Below, piece by piece: positions 18,281 through 26,758 of a stretch of 64,000 nt of DNA. Position 1 is the first letter of the stretch; every line of letters begins with the position of its first letter. Below the pieces are notes generated by a model, which worked only from the letters and a program-made list of their open reading frames with translations, had not been told where the DNA came from and searched no databases. The stretch covers positions 124,001 through 188,000 of the IMG/VR virus record IMGVR_UViG_3300021959_006017, one strand, 5' to 3'. Both the position numbers and the translations under genes were made by a program.

Positions 18281-18869
18281 TATCCCAAGAGAAGTTATTG
18301 TTGCATGTAGCGGAGGAGTTGACAGCATGGCAGTTGTTGACTTTCTCCGCCGCAACCACGATGTAACTGCTTTTTATTTCGACCATGGTACAGAACATGG
18401 CTTCAAAGCCTTAAGATTTTTAGAAGAATACTATTCTGGATCAGATGTACAACTTCTTACACGTAGAATACAAAACAAAGAAGTCCCCAAAGGTATTAGT
18501 CAAGAAGAACACTGGCGAAACGAGAGGTACGAATGGCTACATTTTTTAGCTAAAGACGGACAGGTGATTACATGTCATCATCTAGACGATTGTGTAGAAA
18601 CTTGGGTATGGTCAAGTATGCACGGATCTAGTTCTACTATTCCATATCGTAATACAGATGTTATCCGACCGTTTAGATTAAATAGAAAAAGAGAGTTTGA
18701 AATGTGGTGTCATCTGCATAATGTACCTTACGTAGAGGATGACAGCAACAAAGATTTACGTTATACTAGAAACTATATTAGACATGAGATGATGCCTCAT
18801 GTACTTAAAGTAAATCCAGGCATTCATAAGATGCTTAAGAAAAAGATGATAGCTGAGGTTATTGAATGA
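18261..18869 (+). CDS. tilS: tRNA(Ile)-lysidine synthetase-like PP-loop ATPase (catalytic domain only)
   Basis: VACSGGVDSM, FDHG, R.ERY, T.HH.DD..ET, IRP, ED.SN....TRN.IRH..MP. Confidence 0.85.
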   Translation: MIKIQGNIPREVIVACSGGVDSMAVVDFLRRNHDVTAFYFDHGTEHGFKALRFLEEYYSGSDVQLLTRRIQNKEVPKGISQEEHWRNERYEWLHFLAKDGQVITCHHLDDCVETWVWSSMHGSSSTIPYRNTDVIRPFRLNRKREFEMWCHLHNVPYVEDDSNKDLRYTRNYIRHEMMPHVLKVNPGIHKMLKKKMIAEVIE

Positions 18870-19246
18870 AGATCGGACTTAGTCTATCTCGTTGTATGCG
18901 AGATATTTTAGAAGAGCGTGTAGACATAAATGATGTGCTGGTTATTATTGCCCGCACAGATATCGACCCACACAATGACAATCACTGGAGTCAAATCTGG
19001 GAAGGTTATTTGTATGGCGGACTTAGCCATCCTGAATGGGCAGGACTAGAAGATAGACAAAAGGCTATGCATGACATACTAATAGAGTTATATGACTCGG
19101 GCAAACTACATCAACCGCGACAGTTTAAAGCACACCCGCAACGTATGCCTTACTATTGGTTAGAGTGTTTTGTGCCCCCAGAAGAAATGAATCCTGCACA
19201 GCAGAAAGCGTGGGATAACTATAAACTTATAACGGATTTAGCATAA
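18866..19246 (+). CDS. Hypothetical protein
   Basis: Coupled ORF with GAGG RBS. Confidence 0.55.
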   Translation: MKIGLSLSRCMRDILEERVDINDVLVIIARTDIDPHNDNHWSQIWEGYLYGGLSHPEWAGLEDRQKAMHDILIELYDSGKLHQPRQFKAHPQRMPYYWLECFVPPEEMNPAQQKAWDNYKLITDLA

Positions 19247-19434
19247 TGTACGCTATAATGGTATGCCTTGATGGCAAGGACGATTGGATTTATATTACTA
19301 AGCAAACAGAACACTGTTGGGACTTGCAACCTGAACTGTTTGAAGATGCAGAGGAAGCAATGGAGTTTGCAAAAAAGTTTCAACTCCCTGACAAACCTGA
19401 AAACGTAATGGTGGTAGATTATTATGAAGACTGA
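19246..19434 (+). CDS. Hypothetical protein
   Basis: TAATG coupling to the previous ORF. Confidence 0.5.
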   Translation: MYAIMVCLDGKDDWIYITKQTEHCWDLQPELFEDAEEAMEFAKKFQLPDKPENVMVVDYYED

Positions 19435-19582
19435 TAAAGTCACTCGTGTTGAAGTAATAGACGAAACGGGTCGTGCATATGTAAAGTATCTTGAGGATGA
19501 TCAAGAAGTTGTATGTGGTTTACAAGATGATGAAAGAACGCTGAAAGTGTTTATCAATAGGAAACAGGACAATGAAGATTAA
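19424..19582 (+). CDS. Hypothetical 52-aa protein (not in ORF track)
   Basis: MKTDKVTRVEVIDETGRAYVKY...DDERTLKVFINRKQDNED*; fills the gap and overlaps both neighbours. Confidence 0.55.
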   Translation: MKTDKVTRVEVIDETGRAYVKYLEDDQEVVCGLQDDERTLKVFINRKQDNED

Positions 19583-20147
19583 AATTTCAAACTATCCCAA
19601 TAGACTTATGTCTCGATTCCATACTCGTTATATGGACAAGAAGTATGGCTATGTAGACTGGCCTAAAGAACAAACACAATTCGAACGCAGTCTTGAATGG
19701 CTGGAAGATCGTGTACAAAGCGTGTACAACGTGTTTAACTGGCTATGGTTTGATAGACGCACAGGACAGAAAGAAAAGATACATATTGATCCGTGGGACA
19801 CTTGGAGCATGGATCATACCCTTGCTCCTATCATCTTACCTATGCTTGTACAACTAAAGGAAACTAAGCACGGTGCTCCTAATGTAGATCCAAAGGATGT
19901 TCCTAAAGAACTACGCCCAAAGAAACAAGATGTTCTTAAGTATAAAGAGATTGGTGAAACTGACGACAAGTTCTTTGAACGTTGGGATTGGGTAATGGAC
20001 GAAATGATATACGCATTTGACTGTAAAGCAAACAAAGACGATGTGTTTATGCGTATCAAAGATGAAGACGAGATGCAAAAAGAACAAGAAAGAATATCTA
20101 ACGGCTTCCGTTTGTTTGGCAAATACTATGAAGCATTATGGGACTAA
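19572..20147 (+). CDS. Hypothetical phage protein
   Basis: D.WDTWSMD.TLA.II.PML.QLK and G.RLFGKYY..LWD, a motif pattern seen in T4-like phage ORFs. Confidence 0.6.
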   Translation: MKIKISNYPNRLMSRFHTRYMDKKYGYVDWPKEQTQFERSLEWLEDRVQSVYNVFNWLWFDRRTGQKEKIHIDPWDTWSMDHTLAPIILPMLVQLKETKHGAPNVDPKDVPKELRPKKQDVLKYKEIGETDDKFFERWDWVMDEMIYAFDCKANKDDVFMRIKDEDEMQKEQERISNGFRLFGKYYEALWD

Positions 20148-20150
20148 CTT

Positions 20151-20597
20151 ATGAAGATTGAACATAATCCACACTTTGATGTAGGTATTATTACAGAGCA
20201 TTATTCAAAAAAAGACGGTGAGCCTGTACACTATGTTTGCACTACAGACTTGAATGCAAGTGATGTGCCTGTAGACGTTTACTATAGAGCTACACCTCAT
20301 CCACAGTTTGGCAATCGTTACTTTGGCTTATACCACGATCATGTGCGTGGACACATGATGATTACAAACGCTGACATTGTAGAGTCACTTGAGTTTGGTA
20401 TGATTCGTGTAGACGGTAAGTACTATTACAGCCAATCACACCATGACTACAAAGTAGTAGGTGATAAAATGATTGATGGCGGCCGGGCATATATTAGAAG
20501 TAGTCATGGGTGTGACGTTGTAATGCGAATAATCAAAGGAAAGTTCATTGCTAAGGATGTTGATGACTTCATAGAAATAGGAGGATGTTGTCAATAA
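20151..20597 (+). CDS. Hypothetical protein
   Basis: S.S.HDY......IDGGR.Y motif; operon position. Confidence 0.55.
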   Translation: MKIEHNPHFDVGIITEHYSKKDGEPVHYVCTTDLNASDVPVDVYYRATPHPQFGNRYFGLYHDHVRGHMMITNADIVESLEFGMIRVDGKYYYSQSHHDYKVVGDKMIDGGRAYIRSSHGCDVVMRIIKGKFIAKDVDDFIEIGGCCQ

Positions 20598-20683
20598 TGA
20601 CTTGGGAAGAACTTGTATATGGAACTGCTTTTATAGCATTAGGAATGTTATGGATTTATGTGAAAGGACAAGAAGATGAGTAA
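20597..20683 (+). CDS. 28-aa single-TM peptide (not in ORF track)
   Basis: AGGAGG RBS, TAATG coupling; MTWEELVYGTAFIALGMLWIYVKGQEDE*. Confidence 0.45.
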   Translation: MTWEELVYGTAFIALGMLWIYVKGQEDE

Positions 20684-21825
20684 TCATGAAAAAACTGGGC
20701 TCGAGTTTGAAGATGCTTTAGGCGAAAGCGATTTTGGGCTTATCATTTGCAGCAAAACAGGTAGATTAAAAGGACTTTGGATTCCGGAAGGACAAGTCGA
20801 AGATAATGTACCACAGACTATTGTAGATGTGTGTGTGGATTACTTCGGTGTTGATCCGAATGAAAAAGAAATGTTACACTAATGACACCGCAGGAAATAT
20901 TTGAATATAAGCAAAGATGGAAAACTAGTGCATACATAGTACATGTACACAGTGATTTAGATATTCAATGCAAAGATTGGTGTCGCAGACATCTGCAAAG
21001 ACACGAATGGAGTATGGACACGTATACGGATGTCTACAGTCATACTTTTTATTTTGAACATGACATCCACGGAAAAGAGTTTGCCCAAGAATTTTTTGAA
21101 TGGGTAGATAAGGGAAGGTCATGACACCAGAAGAAAGAACAAATCTTATAAACCAGTTAGTTGCACTATCAAAAGAAAATATGGAACAATCTGTAAAATC
21201 CTTGATAGAACCAGCAGAAATGGAACATGCTCTAAGACAAATGGCAGAGAATGTAGTAGAACAAATAGTTAACCTACAAGATAATGAAAGACTTATTGTT
21301 TGTATGGCTACTATGACAAAGTTATTAGTTGAAAACTATATTTTAAATGCGAGGCTAAATGCAAAATGACATGTTTGAAGTGGACGATGAAGCACTTCGT
21401 AATCTTGTAATACTAGCAAAAGAATGTGAAGCAGTTGATCCTATTAATTGGGACGAGTTAAACATCACTGAAGAACAAGCCTATATAATGATGGCAGCCC
21501 ATGTCCTTGAAATGGAAAGAAATCACTTGACAGATGGCGCAATCATTGTTAAACTATTAGTTGAGAACTTTGTATTAAACCTTAAACTGTTAGGAAAAAA
21601 ATGAGAACTATTGTAGACAATAAAGCAATGCTTACAAACACAAAGAGTGATGTAAGTGTTGAAGCAGAAGTTGATAACTTTCGCGAAGGACAGAAGTTTG
21701 ATGCTTTTATAGCAACTAATAAGATTCCTATGAAATGGAATGGTAAGATTTATGTAGGAAATATGCACGGCATGGAGTTTATTTCGGAAGGTCCTGTCGT
21801 GCGTCAAATCAAGGAAGGAAGATAA
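20676..21825 (+). CDS. Run of five small coupled hypothetical ORFs (20676-20882, 20882-21124, 21121-21369, 21359-21604, 21601-21825)
   Basis: Overlapping start/stop codons; the 21121 and 21359 ORFs share a KLLVEN..LN..L ending and look paralogous. Confidence 0.55.
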
Positions 21826-22019
21826 TGGTAGAACCAGTTGATGTAAGTAAAAAACATTTTTACATAAGTCTAGTAAAAAGTTTTATTAGGTTCGGCGCCG
21901 GCGGCGCATTAATATGGGGAGGTATGGTTAGTGCATGGGCATATAATCCATATCCTTTAATGTTTGCAGGCGGACTTTTGATTATAGCTGAAATATTAGG
22001 AATTGCGGAGGAACTTTAA
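21825..22019 (+). CDS. Small 2-TM membrane protein
   Basis: [11 protein letters not shown]...AEILGI.EEL; hydrophobic. Confidence 0.55.
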   Translation: MVEPVDVSKKHFYISLVKSFIRFGAGGALIWGGMVSAWAYNPYPLMFAGGLLIIAEILGIAEEL

Positions 22020-22633
22020 TGCCACTAATACCAATGGTAGTCGAGCAAGAATCTCGAGGAGAACGTTCATACGACATTTATAGTCGTTTGATGAAAGATC
22101 GTATTGTAATGCTTCAAGGAGTTGTTGAAGACTACAGTGCAAACCTTATTGTAGCACAGTTACTATACTTGAATAGTATTGCTGAAGATAAGCCTGTTAA
22201 AATGTTTATTAACTCTCCTGGTGGTAGTGTAACAGCAGGACTTGCTATCTACGACACTATGCAGTTTGTAAAATGTCCTGTTCATACTTATGTAATGGGT
22301 CAGGCAGCAAGTATGGGTAGTTTCTTAGCACAAGCAGGACAAGCAGGTAAGCGTTTTGTACTGCCAGAGTCACGTACAATGATTCATCGTGTAAGCTCAG
22401 GTACTCCTGGTACTAAAGGCAGTGTACATGTACAAGAACTAGAGTTTGAAGATGCTAAACGACACTTTGAAGAAAGCAAGCGTCTTAATGAACGCTTGAC
22501 TGAACTTTATGTTAAACACAATACAAAAGGCAAAACATACGAAGAACTGTTTGAAACTATGAAGTTTGACACGTTCTTATCAGCACAAGAAGCAGTAGAC
22601 AACGGATTTGCAGATAAAGTTGTTGAAAAATGA
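22019..22633 (+). CDS. clpP: ATP-dependent Clp protease proteolytic subunit
   Basis: [49 protein letters not shown]. Confidence 0.96.
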   Translation: MPLIPMVVEQESRGERSYDIYSRLMKDRIVMLQGVVEDYSANLIVAQLLYLNSIAEDKPVKMFINSPGGSVTAGLAIYDTMQFVKCPVHTYVMGQAASMGSFLAQAGQAGKRFVLPESRTMIHRVSSGTPGTKGSVHVQELEFEDAKRHFEESKRLNERLTELYVKHNTKGKTYEELFETMKFDTFLSAQEAVDNGFADKVVEK

Positions 22634-22971
22634 CGGATGGGACAGAATCTTCGGTCAGCGGCACAGTAGCAGCACTCAAGGGGATACCTCTGAAAGCAGA
22701 ACTAAAGACTCTGCTAGAACAAAACGTTCTAGTAGTTGACTTTACTAAGCTCAATGGTGACAAACGTGTTATGACGTGTACACTTAGAGAAGATATGAAG
22801 CCCCGTGCTACTAAAGATGATGCTATGAGTCAAAAGAAAGTTCGTGAAATATCAGATGCTGTAGTAAGTGTTTGGGACGTAAACGCAAAAGGCTGGCGCA
22901 GTTTTCGTTATGAACGTGTTAATACAGTAAACATCGTTGACGAATATGAGCAAGAATGGTATAACGTATGA
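22630..22971 (+). CDS. T4-like SH3/WYL-fold small protein
   Basis: V.FTK.NG..RVM.CTL and VWD....WRSFR. Confidence 0.6.
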   Translation: MTDGTESSVSGTVAALKGIPLKAELKTLLEQNVLVVDFTKLNGDKRVMTCTLREDMKPRATKDDAMSQKKVREISDAVVSVWDVNAKGWRSFRYERVNTVNIVDEYEQEWYNV

Positions 22972-23660
22972 GTACTCTTTGGTTATATGGTGATAGTTTT
23001 ACAGAGCCGTCAGGATTAGATTATGATCACGATTTATGGTGGGAACAACTTGCAGATAAGTTAGGAGTGACTAAGGTAGTTAATCAGGCACGAAGTGGGT
23101 TGCCTAATAGTTTCATTGCACTAAAACTAGGAGAAGACCTGCCTAAAATAAAACCTGATGATCATGTGTTTTTACAACTTACAGATCAAGACAGAGTATG
23201 GTTGTTTGAAAAAGAACCTCGCTTGAGCAACTTTAGAAACTTGTCAGAAAAAGATAATCATCTTACCAAAGCACAACAAAAAGCATTGAAAGAATATACA
23301 GTTCATTTCTTTAATCCAACACAAAACCAGGTTATTAGAGAACTAACAAAGTTTTTTGCTTTAGGAGCAACACGAGCTAACACAAGAGTATTAGATGCAT
23401 TTGACTTTATGGCAGGTGTTGACGGTACACTTGTAGAAGTTAGTATCAACGAATATGTGGGTGATACTGTTGCAGAACGACAACGTAATATGGACAAAGA
23501 TTGGCGGTTAGGTGAAGGCGAAAAACGGCCTAACCATTTATCCCCAAACAATCATGCTATATTAGCAGATAAAGTTTACAACTGGTTTACTAAGTCGAAC
23601 TATATGCTAGACTTAACCACAGATTTTGAAAAAAAGTTCTTGACAATACCAGCTAAGTAG
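22968..23660 (+). CDS. SGNH/GDSL-like hydrolase-fold protein
   Basis: LYGDSFT, N.A.SG..N and NHLS..NH..LA. Confidence 0.55.
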   Translation: MSTLWLYGDSFTEPSGLDYDHDLWWEQLADKLGVTKVVNQARSGLPNSFIALKLGEDLPKIKPDDHVFLQLTDQDRVWLFEKEPRLSNFRNLSEKDNHLTKAQQKALKEYTVHFFNPTQNQVIRELTKFFALGATRANTRVLDAFDFMAGVDGTLVEVSINEYVGDTVAERQRNMDKDWRLGEGEKRPNHLSPNNHAILADKVYNWFTKSNYMLDLTTDFEKKFLTIPAK

Positions 23661-23668
23661 TATATTAT
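23640..23668 (+). promoter_or_regulatory. Sigma70-like early promoter
   Basis: TTGACA-N17-TATTAT. Confidence 0.6.
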
Positions 23669-23695
23669 AGTAAAACAACAGGTAAGGAGTATGAA

Positions 23696-24148
23696 ATGAA
23701 GAATTTATTGTTAGCAGGAGTTGCCGCCTTAACTTTGGTCGCTGCACCTGCATACGCTAATAGCGTAGATGCGAGGATTACAGACAAGTATGAAACTGTC
23801 ACAAAACGTATTCCTCATACGGAACAGATTTGTCGTACTGTAGACGTACCTATCTACGGCAATGTAGGCGGCGGTGCTAGTGGCGCTGACGTACTAGGTG
23901 GTATGATCCTTGGCGGACTTATTGGTAAGGGTGCTACAGGTAAAGACAACGGCGCGGCGGCTGGCGCAGTTATTGGTGGTATGATTGCTGCTGATAAAGG
24001 CCAGAAGCAAGGTGTAGTTGGCTACCGTCAGGAAACACGTTGTGAGAATCAAACAACATACACAACTAAAACACAGGAAGTGTACAGTCATAGTGTTATT
24101 ACTTGGACTGAAAATGGTGAAACTTACAGCTTGCGTTTCCAAAGATGA
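23696..24148 (+). CDS. Glycine-zipper 2TM envelope protein (YcfJ-like)
   Basis: Signal peptide; GG.I.GG.IG......G.A.GAVIGG flanked by two Cys. Confidence 0.75.
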   Translation: MKNLLLAGVAALTLVAAPAYANSVDARITDKYETVTKRIPHTEQICRTVDVPIYGNVGGGASGADVLGGMILGGLIGKGATGKDNGAAAGAVIGGMIAADKGQKQGVVGYRQETRCENQTTYTTKTQEVYSHSVITWTENGETYSLRFQR

Positions 24149-24523
24149 ACGATAAAAAATGGTCCTCAGGAACATACAGAATAGTATATAAAAACTATCC
24201 TACATATTCCTGGGGGCTAACCCCCCAACAATCAATATACGAAAACGATTCAATGATGGAAGCAATAGAACGTGCTATAGACGGAATGGATCGTTATCCA
24301 GATGCAGAAGCAATAATCAAAAAGGTTATGAATGGAACAGCCGAATGAACTCGAACTGCTCATTTTAGAAGATTTAAAAGAATGGGTTGAAACAAACTTA
24401 TTAGAAGGAAAAAGTTGGGAAGAACATTTTGATGTTCTAAAACCTAAAGAATATAGCAAACGTTTAGACGAAGTCATGGAAGTATATTGGAAGGATCACA
24501 TCTTTCCTATTGGCAAGTACTAA
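24145..24523 (+). CDS. Two small hypothetical ORFs (24145-24348, 24332-24523)
   Basis: Coupled ORFs continuing the operon. Confidence 0.45.
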
Positions 24524-24531
24524 ATAGAGAT

Positions 24532-24595
24532 TAAAGCACACTCTGCTCACTGTATAACAGAAGCAACAGATCTGATAAACTGGGAGTGTGTTTTA
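24532..24595 (+). ncRNA. Candidate structured RNA at the head of tRNA cluster 1
   Basis: 13-bp closing stem 24532-24544/24583-24595 enclosing two short hairpins; TAAATA at 24521-24526. Confidence 0.4.
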
Positions 24596-24598
24596 TTA

Positions 24599-24687
24599 GG
24601 AGGATGGGCAGGACGGTAATGCAGCGGATTGCTAATCCGTACTACGTGAATAGCGTAGAGTGGGTTCGACTCCCACATCCTCCGCCA
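24599..24687 (+). tRNA. tRNA-Ser(GCT)
   Basis: Acceptor GGAGGAT/ATCCTCC, anticodon arm GCGGA-TT-GCT-AA-TCCGT, long variable arm, GTTCGA, encoded CCA. Confidence 0.93.
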
Positions 24688-24690
24688 CTT

Positions 24691-24764
24691 GCGGCATTGG
24701 TGTAGTGGTAACATGCGAGCCTTCCAAGCTCTTGTCACCGGTTCGAATCCGGTATGCCGCTCCA
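24691..24764 (+). tRNA. tRNA-Gly(TCC)
   Basis: Acceptor GCGGCAT/ATGCCGC, loop CT-TCC-AA, U73, CCA. Confidence 0.93.
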
Positions 24765-24776
24765 TAAGGAGAAGAT

Positions 24777-24971
24777 ATGTTTTTTGGAATAGCTCTTATC
24801 GCAGGATTGTTCGTCTACGATAATCAAGAGTTTTTTAATACAGTAGAACAAAACATTGAGGATGGTTTTACTTGGGAGTATGTTGGTAAACAAGATCCAG
24901 CAGGACAACCAGCTGTAACCGTCCTTGACGGCCAAAACAACGAAGTCATTTATTTCAAAATGACTAAGTAA
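24777..24971 (+). CDS. Small membrane-anchored protein inside tRNA cluster 1
   Basis: AAGGAG RBS; hydrophobic N-terminus. Confidence 0.6.
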   Translation: MFFGIALIAGLFVYDNQEFFNTVEQNIEDGFTWEYVGKQDPAGQPAVTVLDGQNNEVIYFKMTK

Positions 24972-24976
24972 AATAC

Positions 24977-25052
24977 GCTGGTTTAGCTCAGTTGGTAGAG
25001 CAGGGGTTTTGTAAACCTCAGGTCGGGAGTTCGAGTCTCTCAACCAGCACCA
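24977..25052 (+). tRNA. tRNA-Thr(TGT)
   Basis: Acceptor GCTGGTT/AACCAGC, loop TT-TGT-AA, CCA. Confidence 0.93.
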
Positions 25053-25056
25053 TAAT

Positions 25057-25141
<85 letters not shown>

Positions 25142-25164
25142 ACATCGAGTACACACCACAAACC

Positions 25165-25192
25165 AAATAGGGCCATAAGGCCCTATTTTTTT
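25165..25192 (+). terminator. Intrinsic terminator after tRNA cluster 1
   Basis: AAATAGGGCC-ATAA-GGCCCTATTT followed by further Ts. Confidence 0.85.
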
Positions 25193-25309
25193 GACTAAAT
25201 ACATATGAGACAAGACAGTAATAAGAACAAGACGCAGTAGAAATAACAACCCTCCCGCCCTAATATTAGATACAAACTTCCTCAAATATAAACACTAACA
25301 AGGAAAAAC

Positions 25310-25510
25310 ATGAGTAATCAAGGAAAAGTAAAATGGTTCGATGCCACTAAAGGTTTTGGATTTATCGCTACCGAAGACAAAGATATCTTCGTACACATTT
25401 CAGCAGTAGAAGCCGCAGGCTTACGACAGTTGAATGAAGGCGATACTGTACGGTTTGAAACACAGGATGGTCCAAAAGGTCCTTCTGCTATAAACTTAAC
25501 AGTCAACTAG
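25310..25510 (+). CDS. cspA: Cold-shock domain protein
   Basis: GKVKWF...KGFGFI and DIFVHISA. Confidence 0.95.
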   Translation: MSNQGKVKWFDATKGFGFIATEDKDIFVHISAVEAAGLRQLNEGDTVRFETQDGPKGPSAINLTVN

Positions 25511-25539
25511 TAGAAATACAAATAATTGTTAAAAAGTGG

Positions 25540-25568
25540 TTGACAAACCGGAATAAATAAAGTATAGT
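25540..25568 (+). promoter_or_regulatory. Sigma70-like promoter of the leader-peptide/tRNA cluster 2 unit
   Basis: TTGACA (25540-25545)-N17-TATAGT (25563-25568); the spacer also contains a TAAATA. Confidence 0.75.
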
Positions 25569-25598
25569 ATATACATACTAAGAAATAAGGATTTTAAC

Positions 25599-25661
25599 AT
25601 GTTCAAGACTAACACAACAAATATTACTTGTTGGCCATCACGAAAGTGGGGTATGTCTTGA
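25599..25661 (+). CDS. Putative attenuator leader peptide MFKTNTTNITCWPSRKWGMS
   Basis: AAGGA RBS at 25587-25591; codons 11-14 are TGT TGG CCA TCA; the 3' end overlaps the antiterminator arm. Confidence 0.75.
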   Translation: MFKTNTTNITCWPSRKWGMS

Positions 25662-25726
25662 CGTGACTTTTTAAAAAGTTATTTTAGACAAAGCCCCCAA
25701 GCAGCAATGTAAGGGGGCTTTTTTTT
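25648..25726 (+). terminator. Attenuator: mutually exclusive antiterminator and intrinsic terminator
   Basis: Terminator AAGCCCCC (25691-25698)/GGGGGCTT (25713-25720) plus T run to 25726. Antiterminator GGGGT-A-TGTCT (25648-25658) pairs with AGACA-AA-GCCCC (25686-25697). Confidence 0.8.
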
Positions 25727-25796
25727 ATGGAGAAAGGAAAAATGACTGATAGTGAATATTGGCGATGGATGAAATCGCAAGTTGAATAAAGTTTTT

Positions 25797-25870
25797 GTCG
25801 GTGAAGTGTTATGGTAGCACGGCGGTCTCCAAAACCGCAAGCCGGGGTTCGACTCCCTGCACCGATGCCA
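25797..25870 (+). tRNA. tRNA-Trp(CCA)
   Basis: Acceptor GTCGGTG/CACCGAT, GCGGT-CT-CCA-AA-ACCGC, G73, CCA. Confidence 0.92.
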
Positions 25871-25948
25871 CGGAGTGTAGCTTAGTCTGGCTAAAGCGCC
25901 TGGTTTGGGACCAGGAGATCGTAGGTTCGAATCCTACCATTCCGACCA
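25871..25948 (+). tRNA. tRNA-Pro(TGG)
   Basis: Acceptor CGGAGTG/CATTCCG, anticodon loop with TGG in CCTGG-TT-TGG-GA-CCAGG, CCA; abuts tRNA-Trp with no spacer. Confidence 0.93.
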
Positions 25949-25950
25949 AT

Positions 25951-26040
25951 GGAGAGTTGGCAGAGCGGTTTAATGCACTGGTCTTGAAAACCAGCGAAGG
26001 TGAAAGCCTTCCGAGAGTTCGAATCTCTCACTCTCCGCCA
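25951..26040 (+). tRNA. tRNA-Ser(TGA)
   Basis: Acceptor GGAGAGT/ACTCTCC, CTGGT-CT-TGA-AA-ACCAG, long variable arm, CCA. Confidence 0.94.
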
Positions 26041-26044
26041 TTAT

Positions 26045-26119
26045 GTGAGCGTGGCAGAAAGGTTATGCAACGGATTGCAAATCCGTTTTATGCAAGTTCG
26101 AATCTTGTCGCTCACTCCA
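26045..26119 (+). tRNA. tRNA-Cys(GCA)
   Basis: Acceptor GTGAGCG/CGCTCAC, ACGGA-TT-GCA-AA-TCCGT, U73, CCA. Confidence 0.92.
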
Positions 26120-26126
26120 TTTTCGG

Positions 26127-26156
26127 TTGACATTTTCAAAATAGATGTTATATTAT
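26127..26156 (+). promoter_or_regulatory. Sigma70-like early promoter
   Basis: TTGACA followed by TG-T-TATATT/TATTAT; it marks the end of the four-tRNA unit. Confidence 0.6.
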
Positions 26157-26181
26157 ATGTATAGTAACAAACGAGGGCGTT

Positions 26182-26700
26182 ATGTCAGATATTTGGTTAA
26201 TCAGCGACACACACTTCAACCACAAAGGTATCCTTACATTTAACGATTATGCAGGTAAGCCGACTAGACAGTTTTCTAGTGTAGACGAAATGAACCAATG
26301 CATGTTAGATAACTGGAACGACACAGTTAAAGACGGTGATACAGTTATCCACTGTGGCGATGTTCTTTTTGGTGAAAACAAAGTTACTTGGTTAGAAAAC
26401 AACTTTATGAAGTTGCCAGGCAAGAAAAGACTTGTATTAGGCAACCACGATAATGTAAAGTTTTTAGCACCGTTCTTTAAGGACATCCAGTTATGGTTAG
26501 AACTGCCTGGTAGTGTTATTGCAACTCACACTCCGTTGCACCCTACTACACTTGCAGAAAAGCATAGATGGGGTGATGCACCGATACTGAACGTACACGG
26601 ACATATTCACAGTAATCCTTCACCAGAAGGACCTTACAAGTGTGTTTGTGTAGAGCAAATAGGGTTTAAGCCCATAAACATTGATGAAGTTAGGGGTTGA
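26182..26700 (+). CDS. Calcineurin-like metallophosphoesterase
   Basis: SDTHF.H, GD, GNHD, H.P and HGHIH motifs. Confidence 0.9.
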   Translation: MSDIWLISDTHFNHKGILTFNDYAGKPTRQFSSVDEMNQCMLDNWNDTVKDGDTVIHCGDVLFGENKVTWLENNFMKLPGKKRLVLGNHDNVKFLAPFFKDIQLWLELPGSVIATHTPLHPTTLAEKHRWGDAPILNVHGHIHSNPSPEGPYKCVCVEQIGFKPINIDEVRG

Positions 26701-26725
26701 CAAATCCCTAACTTTTTAGTATAAT
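26687..26725 (+). promoter_or_regulatory. Terminator hairpin carrying the -35 box of the ligase promoter
   Basis: AAGTTAGGGGTT-GACA-AATCCCTAACTT-TTT; TTGACA (26697)-N17-TATAAT (26720). Confidence 0.7.
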
Positions 26726-26758
26726 ATATACATAATGAGGCATTAGAAAGAGGCACAC

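Noticed and set aside
24545-24582. Hammerhead or twister ribozyme reading of the structured element
   Set aside because: The CTGATGA...GAAA core and twister consensus residues are not present; kept only as an unclassified structured RNA.
25795-26130. 111-aa ORF in the track, and the minus-strand ORFs at 24547-24765 and 24735-25166
   Set aside because: They overlap clear tRNA genes and are shadow translations.
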